A DNA stretch of 34,717 nt, counting the filler, from Rhizaria sp. SCN 62-66 (lineage: Eukaryota): NCBI GenBank assembly GCA_001724265.1. It is 2 parts of 2 records of this genome, joined end to end, with 100 filler letters (N's around TTAATTAATTAA, not from the genome) between each part and the next. Parts side by side here need not be neighbours in the genome. Positions count along the whole stretch, not along the records: positions 19,208 to 34,717 come from MEDY01000713.1; 1 more part is not named here. One strand, 5' to 3'. Below the pieces are notes generated by a model. That model was not told the origin of the DNA, searched no databases, and worked only from the letters and a program-made list of their open reading frames with translations. A program made the translations under genes and the position numbers. This document shows positions 24,201 through 33,400 of the stretch, piece by piece. The first letter of the stretch is position 1, and the number at the start of each line of letters is the position of its first letter.

Positions 24201-27200
24201 CGCGCGGCGCTGACGCCCGCGGGCAGCACGATCTCCTTGGAGACGAGCAGCGCGTCAGGTCTGGCGTGCGTGTGATACGTCAGCACGCCGGAACCGTCGC
24301 GCCCACCGCGGCCGCCCGCGTGCGCGCCGGGCGCGGGGACGATGGTGGCAGCGGCCTGCGGCGCGGCGTCGAGCACGAAGACGCCGCCCTCGGCCGTGGC
24401 GGCAAGGATCGAGGTCGTGCCGCCGACGCAGTGCGCGAGCAACACCTGGTGCGCTGACGTCGGGTCCACGCATGTCGCGCGGTAAAACGCCGCCAGCGCG
24501 CGCGGGTCGCTGCGGACCAGTGCGGCGCCCGCGGCGGCGGCGCGCGCGGCCTCGGCGGCAACAGCGGCGGCCTCGGCGGCGGTGAGGTTGTAGCTCAGCG
24601 GCGTCGCGCTCATGCCGGGCACCGACGTCGTCGAGGCCGCGAGCGAGAACGCGTGGGCAGCGGTTCCGGGCGCCTGCGCGCTCGTGAGGCCCGGGAGCGC
24701 GGCGGCAACCTCGGCGGGCAGCGCGGGGGCCGGGGCGCCCCAGGGCGTCTCCTCGCGCAGCTGGCTCAGCAGCGCGGGCGACAACGTCGACGCAGCAGAG
24801 ATGTTGCTGTTGCTGCTGTGAAGAAGAGCGCCAGAGGACACAAACCCAGCAGGAGAAGAAACACCATTGCCACCGCCGTTGGCAACCAGAGCGGTCGTCG
24901 CGTGCGGTACCGCTGCGGCGGCCGTAAGCGCGAGCAGCGCGGCGACGACGTGTTTGCGCGCCGCCAGCGCGAGAATGGGCGAGCGGCGCATGATGGCGCC
25001 TGTGGCCGAGTTGAGCACCGTCACGCGGCCCGCGGCGTCGGCCAGCACCGCGCGGCGGCACGTGGCGTCCAGCGAGAGACTCGTCAGCGGCGCGGGCGTC
25101 GCCGCGGCCACGGCGGCAGCGGGCGGGACGACCAGCACGGTCGAGCCAGCGTTTGCCGTCGCACCGCCGTTATTATTGTTGCTGCTCGCGCCGCTGCCGT
25201 TCGCGCTCGAGCCCGAGCCTGCACCGCCGGCATTGCCAGCCGCGCCAGAGCCGGCGGTAGAGGCAGCGAGCGCGGCCTTGGAGCCCGTGAGCTTGGCGCC
25301 AACCCCACTAAAGCCTTGCTTCGCCGCGCCGCCCCGCTCAGCCGCGCCGCCATTCGCGCCCGCGCCACCACTGGCCCCCGAGCCGCCGGCAGTCGATGTC
25401 ACAGCGCCGGCGGAAGAAGCGCCCGCGGCGGCAGCGGCGGAGGCGGAACCATGCGAGAGCGTGACGGCGGCGGCGAGCGGCAGCGGAAGCGTGCCCAGGT
25501 CCTCGCTGATGCCAATGTTGACGCCCGTCTCGGCGTCCCACGTCTTGACCTTAGCGCCGACTGAGGTCCAGAAGACGCCGCGCACGGCGTCGTAGGCAAC
25601 CTGCGCAACGGGGTCGCGGTCGGCGAGCCCCGGGAGCTCGGCCGCGGTCGACTGCGCCGCATCCACGGCGTGCACGCGCGTGCTGCCGCAGAGCAGGCGC
25701 CGATGCTGCGGTGCGATCGCCAGCGCAGACAGCGTGCTTACGCGGCGGCCCTGCGGGTCCGCAACGGGCAGCGCCTGCAGACAAGCGTTGCCGCCCGCGC
25801 CGAGTCCCATACGCAGGTCCCAGAGGCGCACGCAGCCGGCCGTGTCCGACGTGGCGACGAGGGGCGTCTCGGGCACGGCGACAATGCCCGTGAGCGGGTG
25901 TGGCGAGCGCAGCTGCCCCACGCGCCGGCCCCACCGCGGGTCCCACACGCTCGCGGCGCGCTCGAAGCCCGCGGAGACGAGGAGCGCAGGCCCGGGGGAG
26001 TAGGCGAGCGCAAAGACGCCGTGGCCGTGGCCCTGGAGCGAGCGCACGCGCGTGCCCGTGGCAAGATCCCACGTCGCCACCGTGCGGTCCATCGACGCAC
26101 TGAACAGCACGGTTCCGGCCTCGCGCGGCGCCAGCAGTCCCAGCACGGCGTCCGAGTGCCCGTGCATCGACAGCAGCAGCTCCGACGCCAGCGGGCGCGC
26201 GCGGCCAAAGCCACCGCCCGCGAGGCGCCCCACGCGCCACAGATTGACCGCGTTGGACCCGTCTGCGCCCGACGCAAGAACGGCGGTGCCGCCCGACCGC
26301 GCGGCCGCCCAGGCGGGCAGCCCGGCGTCGCGGTCAGCGTCGGCGTCGCCGACGGCCACGCGGCTCCGACTGCTGTTGCTCACGTTCGCGGCGTTGTGCG
26401 CGCCGGGCGCGGGCGTGCCGGCCCAGTCGATGCAGTGCAGCGCGGTTTGCGCAGACGCGCACTGGATCATGCTCTGCGCCAGAGCGGCCGCGCGCCCGCC
26501 CAGCTGAGCCGTCGCGGCCGCCACCGACGCCGCCAGCGAAGGCGGCATCGCGCTGTGGTAGAAGGACGTTGATGCAAATGCCGAGCCGCCGCCGCCCCGC
26601 GCCGCGGAGGCTGAGAAGCCGCCGTCGCCACCGGTGCCGCCGGCCGCGGCGCCGAGCCCGCCGCGCTGGGGGCCGCCGCCGGCCGCGGCGCCGACTCCGG
26701 CAGCGGCCGCGGCGGCCGCGGCGTCGGCCTCATGCGCGGCCACCGCGCGCGCAATCTCAGTGTTCATCGTCGCGGCCACGGGCGTGAAGGCGGCCGAGGC
26801 GTCCCAGAAGCGGATCGTGTTGTCGCCGGCCGAGGTCGCGAGCCAGTTGAGCCCCGGCAGGTGCGCGGCGCACAGCAGCGGCTTCTCGTGGCCCGCGATG
26901 GGAAACGGCGCCGACGCGGGCGGCGTGAGCGTTTTGGCGGTGAGGACGCGGAACGCGCACTGGCGTCGCTCGAGCACCACCACTGCGTCGGTCGGCATCG
27001 GCAGGTGCACGAGCGCGGCCACGCCCGAGGCCGACGGTGGCGACGCCACGGGCACGGGCAGGTAACGTGCGCCCGCGCGGTGCAGCGCGCGCCCGCGGCG
27101 GTGCGCGGCGTTGACCGCGGCCGCCGCGGGGCTAGAGCCGGAGCCCGCCTTGCCCTTGCCCGACTTGCCGGACTTAGACGCGCTGCCGCGGTTGCGGTTA

Positions 27201-29857
27201 CGGCGGCGGCGCCAACGTGAGACAAAGCCGTCTGCGCGCTGCGAGGGCCCGTCGCCGTCGCTGCCGTGGTCGGCGTCGCCGTCGCCGTTGCTGTCGGCGT
27301 CGCTGCCGCCGTCGTAGTCGGCGTGCCCGTCAGCGCCGTCGTCGCTGCCGCTGCTGCCGAACACGTCCCCGCTGTCATCCTCGTCGTCGCTCTCCGCACG
27401 TCGCCGCCGCGAGCTACCGCCGGCACCGCTGCCGCTGCCGGGCGCGTCGTCCCAGCTGCTGGCGCCGTCGTCGCTGTCGCCCGCGTCGCCGTCCAGGTTC
27501 ATGAACCCGCCCGCGCCGACTGCCAGACCCGACCCCGCGTCAATCCCGCGCCCGCCGCCGCTGCCGCCGCCACTGCCGCCGCGGCCGAGCTGCTGCGAGC
27601 CCGCCGCGCCGCGCGCGTGGTGGCCGTGGCCGTGGTGGCCGTGGTGGCGGTCGCCGCCGTGGCCGCCGCCGTGGCCCTGGGGCACGCTCACCGTGCCGTC
27701 GGCTGACACGGCCACCGGCACCGCGACCGCGGCGGCGCCGAGCGCGCGCCGGGTCCCACCGTTGACGTTAAGGTACACGGCTCCGGAGCCGGTGTGCCCG
27801 CCTGCGGCGGCGACGGCCGCGGCGCCTAGCGCGGCCCCGCCGCTGGCCCCCGCCCCGGCGGCAGTGCCCGCGCCCGTGCCTGCGTCGGCATCGGTCGCGG
27901 CGGCCACGAGCGCGTCGGAGAAGCGCGACCACGTGATGGCGCCCAGCCCGTCAGCGTCCACCGTGTCAAAGATGCTGCAGAGCGCCGGCGCCAGCGCGGC
28001 GTCCGACACCGTGCCCGCCAGCGCCGCGCGCACGCGCGGCCCGCGGGGCAACGCCACAGCGTCAGACGTCAGCGCGGCGGCGCGCGCGGCCGCGGCCGTG
28101 GCGGCGGCCGAGCCCCCGAAGCTGGCGGTCGCGGCGGCGGCGTCCGCGGCGGCCGCAGAGGCGGAGGCGGAGGCTTCCCCGACGCGGCGCTTCGCGGGGC
28201 TGCCGCCCCGTTGCTGCTGCCGCGTTTTGCCGGGTGCCGCGCCGGAGAAGCCCACCTCGCCGGCGGAGGTCCGCTCAGCGCGAGCCGCCGCGAGAGCGGC
28301 GCCGGCCTCGGACCGCAGCTGCGCCAGCGTGCGCGAGTCGTCATCGTCGTCACCGCCGTTGCCGTTGCTGTTGGCAGCGCTGTCGGCGCCGCCGCCGTGG
28401 CTGAGCCGCTCGGCGGCGTCGGCGGCGGCCACGGCGGCGGTGACGGCGTCGGCCACGCGCACGCCCTCGAGCGTCACCATCACCGGTGCGCCCCGGCCGT
28501 TCAAGCCACCACCACCGCTGCCGCCGCCAAAGCTGGAGCCAAGGACCGAGTGCGCCCCGGCGCCGGCGCCCGAAGCGTCCGCGTCCGCGGCGGCGTCTGC
28601 GGCGTCAGGGTCCGGGTCCGCCGCTGCGGCCGCCGCGTCTGCGTACGCCTGTCGGATGAGCGCGAGCAGCGCGATGACGAACTGCTCCTGCGACAGAAGG
28701 CCTTTGGGGGCCGCGGCAAAGGCATGCCGCAGCTGCAGCAGCGCGCGTTCGCTGAGGTGCGACAGAAGCGATCGAAGCGTCGGCGCCAGAACCACGGCGG
28801 CGCTTTCGCCGGGGCCCGCGCCCACGGCTTGACTTTGCGAGTGACCGTGGGCGCCGTGGCCGTGGGGCGCCGCGCCGGGGCGCAGGGACGGGGGCAGCGG
28901 GGGTCCCGCGGCCGCGGCGGCGACGAGCGCGCGCACGCCGCCCTTGTCCACCTTCTCGGCCACGCTGCGCACCCGCTTGCCCTTCTTGCCACTCGCGGGC
29001 GTCGTGCCACTCGCAGCAACTGCTGTGTAAGCGTTGGAGTTGGCGTTCGGAGTAATCTCGCCGTCCTCGTTGGCCGTGGCGGCGGTGGGCAGCGGCGGCA
29101 CGCGCAGCCTGCGCAGCGCGGCGATCTCCCTCCGACCGACGGGCGGCCGCTCGATCGCCGCATACACGGCCGCTACGGCCTCCTGCGACGCAGGCGCCGG
29201 CGCGGACCACAGACCCGCGGTCGCGAGCACGCGCCGCACGCCCGGCGCGAAGTACTCCGCGTACGTCCCCGTGCGCGCCATCGGGTACATCGACATCGCG
29301 CGCGCAGCGCTCGCGTTGACAGAGTTCGCGTTGTTGCTGTTGTTGCTGTTGTTGCTGTTTGGGTTGGGCGCGCGGGCGGGGCTGTCCAGGCTGTTGAGGG
29401 ACGCGTTGGCGCGACTGCTCGCGGCGGCCGCGGCGGCAAGGGCCTCGGCGGCGGCAGCGGCGGCGGAGGACAGCGCCAGCGTGGGCGTCGAGCCCCCTGC
29501 AGCAGCAGGGTGATGGCGACGGCCGCTGGTCGAGGAGGGCTTCGAGGGCCCCAGGCTGAGCGAGCTGAGGCCCGAGGTGGCCAGGCCGGTGCGAGAGTAC
29601 TGTCCGTCAACGCCGTCGGCGCCCCCCGCGGCGGTGCTGTCGAACGCGGCCGAGGAGCCAAAGGTGCCAGAGGCTGAGAACGAATCTGCAGCGGAGGCGG
29701 CTGTGCCGTCGCCGGCGCGGCCAGAGCCCCACAGAGAGCGCCGCATGCGCGACTCCGCCAGCAGGCGGTTCATGCGCTCAGACTGCGTCTGATCTGGCGC
29801 TGTGTGCGCGCCCCGGGACGGGGAGTGCATGCGCGGCAGCGCGCCGAAGCGGGACAT
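21284..29857 (-). CDS. EF-hand + WD40-repeat protein (WDR49/WDR64/WDY-like architecture), 2857 aa, intronless
   Basis: EF-like LLQLRHAFAAAPKGLLSQEQFVIALL (~28660-28742) and LCSIFDTVDADGLGAITWSRFSDAL (~27908-27982). GH...WD repeats: GHEKPLL...DNTIRFWD, GHSDAV...SMDRTVATWDL, GHGHGVFALAYS...SVWDP, GADGSVVLWDP...GHACEITCLHFL, AHADGIRSL...SSWDCNVALWDL. Runs ATG to TGA between AT-rich flanks. Confidence 0.88.
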   Translation of the reverse strand: MSRFGALPRMHSPSRGAHTAPDQTQSERMNRLLAESRMRRSLWGSGRAGDGTAASAADSFSASGTFGSSAAFDSTAAGGADGVDGQYSRTGLATSGLSSLSLGPSKPSSTSGRRHHPAAAGGSTPTLALSSAAAAAAEALAAAAAASSRANASLNSLDSPARAPNPNSNNSNNSNNANSVNASAARAMSMYPMARTGTYAEYFAPGVRRVLATAGLWSAPAPASQEAVAAVYAAIERPPVGRREIAALRRLRVPPLPTAATANEDGEITPNANSNAYTAVAASGTTPASGKKGKRVRSVAEKVDKGGVRALVAAAAAGPPLPPSLRPGAAPHGHGAHGHSQSQAVGAGPGESAAVVLAPTLRSLLSHLSERALLQLRHAFAAAPKGLLSQEQFVIALLALIRQAYADAAAAAADPDPDAADAAADADASGAGAGAHSVLGSSFGGGSGGGGLNGRGAPVMVTLEGVRVADAVTAAVAAADAAERLSHGGGADSAANSNGNGGDDDDDSRTLAQLRSEAGAALAAARAERTSAGEVGFSGAAPGKTRQQQRGGSPAKRRVGEASASASAAAADAAAATASFGGSAAATAAAARAAALTSDAVALPRGPRVRAALAGTVSDAALAPALCSIFDTVDADGLGAITWSRFSDALVAAATDADAGTGAGTAAGAGASGGAALGAAAVAAAGGHTGSGAVYLNVNGGTRRALGAAAVAVPVAVSADGTVSVPQGHGGGHGGDRHHGHHGHGHHARGAAGSQQLGRGGSGGGSGGGRGIDAGSGLAVGAGGFMNLDGDAGDSDDGASSWDDAPGSGSGAGGSSRRRRAESDDEDDSGDVFGSSGSDDGADGHADYDGGSDADSNGDGDADHGSDGDGPSQRADGFVSRWRRRRNRNRGSASKSGKSGKGKAGSGSSPAAAAVNAAHRRGRALHRAGARYLPVPVASPPSASGVAALVHLPMPTDAVVVLERRQCAFRVLTAKTLTPPASAPFPIAGHEKPLLCAAHLPGLNWLATSAGDNTIRFWDASAAFTPVAATMNTEIARAVAAHEADAAAAAAAAGVGAAAGGGPQRGGLGAAAGGTGGDGGFSASAARGGGGSAFASTSFYHSAMPPSLAASVAAATAQLGGRAAALAQSMIQCASAQTALHCIDWAGTPAPGAHNAANVSNSSRSRVAVGDADADRDAGLPAWAAARSGGTAVLASGADGSNAVNLWRVGRLAGGGFGRARPLASELLLSMHGHSDAVLGLLAPREAGTVLFSASMDRTVATWDLATGTRVRSLQGHGHGVFALAYSPGPALLVSAGFERAASVWDPRWGRRVGQLRSPHPLTGIVAVPETPLVATSDTAGCVRLWDLRMGLGAGGNACLQALPVADPQGRRVSTLSALAIAPQHRRLLCGSTRVHAVDAAQSTAAELPGLADRDPVAQVAYDAVRGVFWTSVGAKVKTWDAETGVNIGISEDLGTLPLPLAAAVTLSHGSASAAAAAGASSAGAVTSTAGGSGASGGAGANGGAAERGGAAKQGFSGVGAKLTGSKAALAASTAGSGAAGNAGGAGSGSSANGSGASSNNNNGGATANAGSTVLVVPPAAAVAAATPAPLTSLSLDATCRRAVLADAAGRVTVLNSATGAIMRRSPILALAARKHVVAALLALTAAAAVPHATTALVANGGGNGVSSPAGFVSSGALLHSSNSNISAASTLSPALLSQLREETPWGAPAPALPAEVAAALPGLTSAQAPGTAAHAFSLAASTTSVPGMSATPLSYNLTAAEAAAVAAEAARAAAAGAALVRSDPRALAAFYRATCVDPTSAHQVLLAHCVGGTTSILAATAEGGVFVLDAAPQAAATIVPAPGAHAGGRGGRDGSGVLTYHTHARPDALLVSKEIVLPAGVSAARPSLPPPPPLWVASPASAAAGGNGSGGSALAASGAAAGCAPMSPEAAAVARFLPRIGSASNSGNGNNGADSTGSASGPQSAAGTRPVTSSGGASSPSSGGAPAPWVLRRTAAAESSLLSLLAVGGADGSVVLWDPRSQAPAGVLRGHACEITCLHFLAPYPLLLSADVRGNVCLWLVRPLAASSERCVLHLWNVTLRVDAAAAAIAAVRARKREIHRAAAVAAANHVASQHGGGGSGGGGSTARGAPMSPHSKWGFITAVAGANSGNGAGAGSSNGFDATTRGAVRTDGEVSLSLGLGPWPPVAPQPPGTRSVLTTAAALAGGGALAGSGAFAPQQSGDAEDEAPCESPMSFYDTSPVTAAALWPTAAAVSLCTADAAGMIKVYDITGLIKRLALAPLDTFILTPGGGSARSGDDASATNARGHSRGQSIARKPGDAGAGTGAAAMRQRRPSISLPEILAGSLALTPEDAALEIASKSVVTKPAAGGNGTVVVGKPAPRRRDSLVAFSSDVLHTSDAAAAVAAASTAEDFLSEQAALRRRRTSLLATATDSSAAGPGALSPAAAAAAAAAASAPTAGALSLETARFALYAAYWRAHAGALRALEACAGGRGRLLRRGDVVLLREWRAHADGIRSLTCVIETNATASSGPAAGAAAAGATGAQGSAGAGATPGGGITAAGVAVCAADGDAGAGAGGAGVTCKALASSSWDCNVALWDLFGHPLGRLQQGRTVADTAQFAERLAAATATATAAATAAAAARESGADSAAASSTTDSATAAAPGAPAPVIVGLSAGAGVGSSTGSSASGGFADATAAAAAALLVVMEAPGRLKPAWLLAPEGGEGRERTRTATAAAILAAAAQQQQQQEQQQQQQHQLQGGARGSGASAAGAGGLSGLGLGLGLLPGGNAELAGAAISRTVQMVARAGTADPAALSRVAELVELKYSAKAPGAGAGGAGAGGNAGSGAGGANKRG

Positions 29858-30413
29858 GAAGGCGTTGGAAGCTGTCTTGAACTGGCTGTCTAGAAGGGTC
29901 TAATGGCGGGTTCTATATACTACATGGAGCAAAATAAAAGTAGATTTATACGAGAAGAAGACTGGATTATTAGATTATACTGCTTACATTGCCACTGTCG
30001 GAGATTTAATGCCGATAGAGTTATGATTTGTTCACTGGTAACGGTTTTGAATCGACCATTTTTCGGAACCTCGGTCCAAGTCGAAGAGAGAGAGACCGAC
30101 CGTCCGACCGAGGCTGACCACACGGCCGCGCAGTCGCTCGCAGTTGTATTAATGCGGCGTGTTTTCTCCTTATATTTGTATATAGCCGAGGTATATGTAA
30201 GGATGCAAGGAGTTCTAGTTCCAATCAAATTTGCAATTGCTACCATGCAGACCTTGCTTCCCCACGGGCAGTCCTTTACCTCAGTACGATCGTCTCACTC
30301 CACCTGTGTTGCTCTCTCTTCCGGCGTCACTGCCTCAGACTTTCTTAGCCTCCCCCCCTTTCTAGCCCCGCCAGTTCCACAGCCCAGTGCAGTGTGTTAC
30401 CCCCCGGAGCACG
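29858..30413. promoter_or_regulatory. Putative bidirectional promoter / 5' UTR region between the WD40 gene and RIO1
   Basis: 556-nt lower-GC spacer between head-to-head start codons; AT-rich core with TATA-like tracts and a pyrimidine-rich stretch before the RIO1 ATG. Function is inferred from the geometry only. Confidence 0.5.
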
Positions 30414-33400
30414 ATGATGATGGAGGACTACGACTTCGTCGCGTCTGATGTGAACAAGACGGTCGCCGGTGTCCTCTTCGGCGACAACACCAAGTTCATC
30501 AAGAATGAGCGCAAACTCGAGCGCGCCAAGGTTCGCGTCAAGGACCGCTCCGACCGTGCGACTGTCGACCAGGTGCTCGACCACCGCACGCGCATGATTC
30601 TCTTCAAAATGCTCCGCAACGGCATTATCAAGCAGGTCAACGGCTGTATCTCGACCGGCAAGGAGGCTAACGTGTACCACGCGCTCTCCGACATATACGG
30701 CGAGGTTGCGATCAAGATCTACAAGACGTCGATCCTCGTCTTCAAGGACCGCGAGCGCTACGTCGCCGGCGAGTACCGCTTCCGCAACGGCTACTCCAAG
30801 TCCAACATGGTGAAGCTGTGGGCGGAGAAGGAGTTCCGCAACCTCAAGCGCCTGTATCTGGCCGGCATCCCGTCCCCCGAGCCGCTCTTCCTGCGCTCGC
30901 ACGTGCTCGTCATGCGCTTTATCGGCGACGACGGCTGGGCGGCCCCGCGCATCAAGGACGCGACCTTCTCGACCTCGCGCGCTGTTGATTTGTACCTGCA
31001 GTGCATTGCCCACATGCGCACGCTGTACCAGAAGTGCGCGCTCGTCCACGCCGACCTGAGCGAGTACAACACCCTCTACCGCGACAAGCGTCTGTACGTC
31101 ATCGACGTGTCGCAGTCGGTTGAGCCCGACCACCCTAACGGCATCGAGTTCCTCCGCATGGACTGCAACAACGTCAACTCCTTCTTCCGCCACAAGGGCG
31201 TGCTTACGCTCTCCACGCGCTAGCTCTTCGACTTCGTCACTACGCCCGACCACGCGCTGTCGGGCGCCGACGCCGAGGCCTTCCTGGAGGCGCTGTTCGA
31301 GCAGGCGGAAGCCCGCGACGCGCGCGGCGGCATGACCGTGGAGGAGGAGATGGCCGACCGCGTGTTCCAGCAGGTGCACGTGCCCACCACGCTCGACGAG
31401 ATCGAGTTCGTCACCGTAGAGGCCTCGGTCGCGCTCACAAAGAAGGCCGCTGCCGCCGCCGCCGCCAAGGAGGCTGCTGCGACCGCGCGCGCCGAGGCCG
31501 CCGCGGCCCTGGCGCCGACCCCCGAGGCCGCCGAGGCGTCGCTCGCCGCCGCCGCGGTTGCCGCTCTCGCCGCGCGCTCCTCCGCCGCCACCGCCGACGA
31601 AGTCACTCTGACGCTCTCGCGCATGGCGGTGCATGAGAGCGAGACGGTGACGCCCGTGCCGTTCCGCCGCGCGGGCGCCACGGGCGGGCAGATCGACGCG
31701 ATCGCGACCGACCTCACGGCGGCCGTGGCGGCGTCGCGCGCGGCGCAGGCGGCCAAGACGGCCGAGTTCAACGCCGCCGCGGGCGCGCTGGGCGTGACGG
31801 GCCGCGCGCGCCGCCGCCTGCTGCGCGACATGCGAATTGGCGACGCCGTGGGCATCGACTCGGACGACGAAGACGCCGTCGCCGCCGCGCTCAAGTCCAC
31901 CGCGGAGAAGATCCAGCAGCACCAACAGCAGCAACAGCAGCAGCAACAGGGCGGCGGCGCCGTTGCTCCTGGCTCCACTGCTGGCGGCGGCAAGGCCGGC
32001 GGAAGCAACTTCGGCGCCAAGACGGCGACGGACCTGAGCCGCGCGCTGGGCCTCAAGGATGGCGAGGCCCTCACGCTTGCTACGATGACGGCGCAGTGCC
32101 CGCAGCTCGCCGCCATGGCCGACGCCGACCTCGACGAGGCGCTCGCGCGCGAGGAGGCGCAGGAGGAGGCCGAGGCCGCCGCCGCCGCCGCCGCCGCCAA
32201 GCAGGACGGCGCCGGCGCCGCCGACGAAGACGACGACGAGGACGGTGCTGCTGCTGCCGGCGCGCCGAGCAAGGGCGGCGCGGGCACTGCGCAGCGCATC
32301 TCGAAGCGCGCGCAGCAGCTGCTCGCGAAGCAGGCCGAGGCTGAAGCCCGCAAGGCGGCTAAACATCAGGCCATGGCGGATCTTAAGTCCACCAAGACTG
32401 CTAGCAAGCCCCTCGTTGCCACCGCCACTGCGACTGCCGCCGCGATTGCAACTCATGCTGACGACGATGATGCGACTGAGTCGGCTGCTGCCGCTTCTGC
32501 TGATGCTGCTGCGGAGGCCGCGCCCGCCGCCGAGGCTGCCGCGGGTCCGAAGAAGAAGCAGAAGCCGCCGAAGCCGGGCTCCAAGGGCTGGAAAGAGTGG
32601 CAGCTGGCGCAGGAGCAGGCCAAGCTCGACGCCGCGCTGGCCCGCAAGGCCGCGGCGCCCGCCCCGGCGCCCGTGTCGGCGCCCGTGTCGGCGCTGACGC
32701 CGCTGCCCGCTATGGCTGTGCACGCCGCCAAGACCGCGGCCAAGGCAGGCAAGGCGGACGGCGCGTACGAGGACGGCACGGGCAAGGAGTTTAACGCCAT
32801 GGGCGGCATTCACCAGTACGGCGGGAAGAAGGAGAAGAACATCGTCCTGGCTAACATCGCGACGGCGGCGACGCTGGTCGAGGCTGCGCGGCGGACGAAG
32901 AAGACGCTGTCGATCCGCGACGAGTCGGGCCAAGCCGTCGCCGCGGCCGGTCTTGCGGCGGCCGTCAAGGCCAACAAGGCGGTGACGCTGCCCAGCGCGG
33001 CTGAGTCAAAGGTCCGGGCCAAGGCGGTGGCCAAGAGCAAGGCCGAGGCCGTGGCGGAGGCGGAGCTGGCAGCGGTGGTCGCCGCGGCCTCCGAGAGCAA
33101 GAGCAGCAAGGGCAAGAGGGGCGGCGCCAAGGGGGGCAAGAAGGACGACGACAACGAGGAGGAGGAGGAGGAGGAGGAGGAGGTTGATGACGCCAAGCTC
33201 GACGCGCTCGTCAACTCGCTCATGGGCCCCGAGAGCGATGACGACGACGACGACGAGGACGACGATGAGGACGAGGACGAGGACGAGGACGATGAGGGGC
33301 TTGACACGGCGACTCTGCTGCGCCTCGGGCTGAACCAGGACCTCTCGCCCATGAGCGCAGAGGACGCGCGGCTCGCGCGCAAGGCGGCGCACCAGGCCGT

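Noticed and set aside
21294-29792. Multiple overlapping ORFs within the WD40 gene
   Set aside because: Shadow ORFs caused by high GC and codon bias.
29903-30448. 181-aa + ORF and small minus ORFs in the divergent intergenic region
   Set aside because: AT-rich composition unlike the real genes and no motifs; likely chance ORFs in promoter/UTR DNA.
31200-31223. Possible 24-nt GT...TAG mini-intron (GTGCTTACGCTCTCCACGCGCTAG) whose removal would delete the RIO1 stop in frame
   Set aside because: The segment encodes VLTLSTR*, which is colinear with the conserved VAVMTVRE-type stretch of RIO1, so it looks coding. The donor differs from the GTACGT seen in RPS8, and that intron is 154 nt. Disfavoured, but only RNA-seq can exclude it.
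30345-32933. 862-aa antisense ORF over RIO1
   Set aside because: It is an in-register mirror of RIO1 codons, open because TTA, CTA and TCA are rare in the sense frame; no recognisable protein features.
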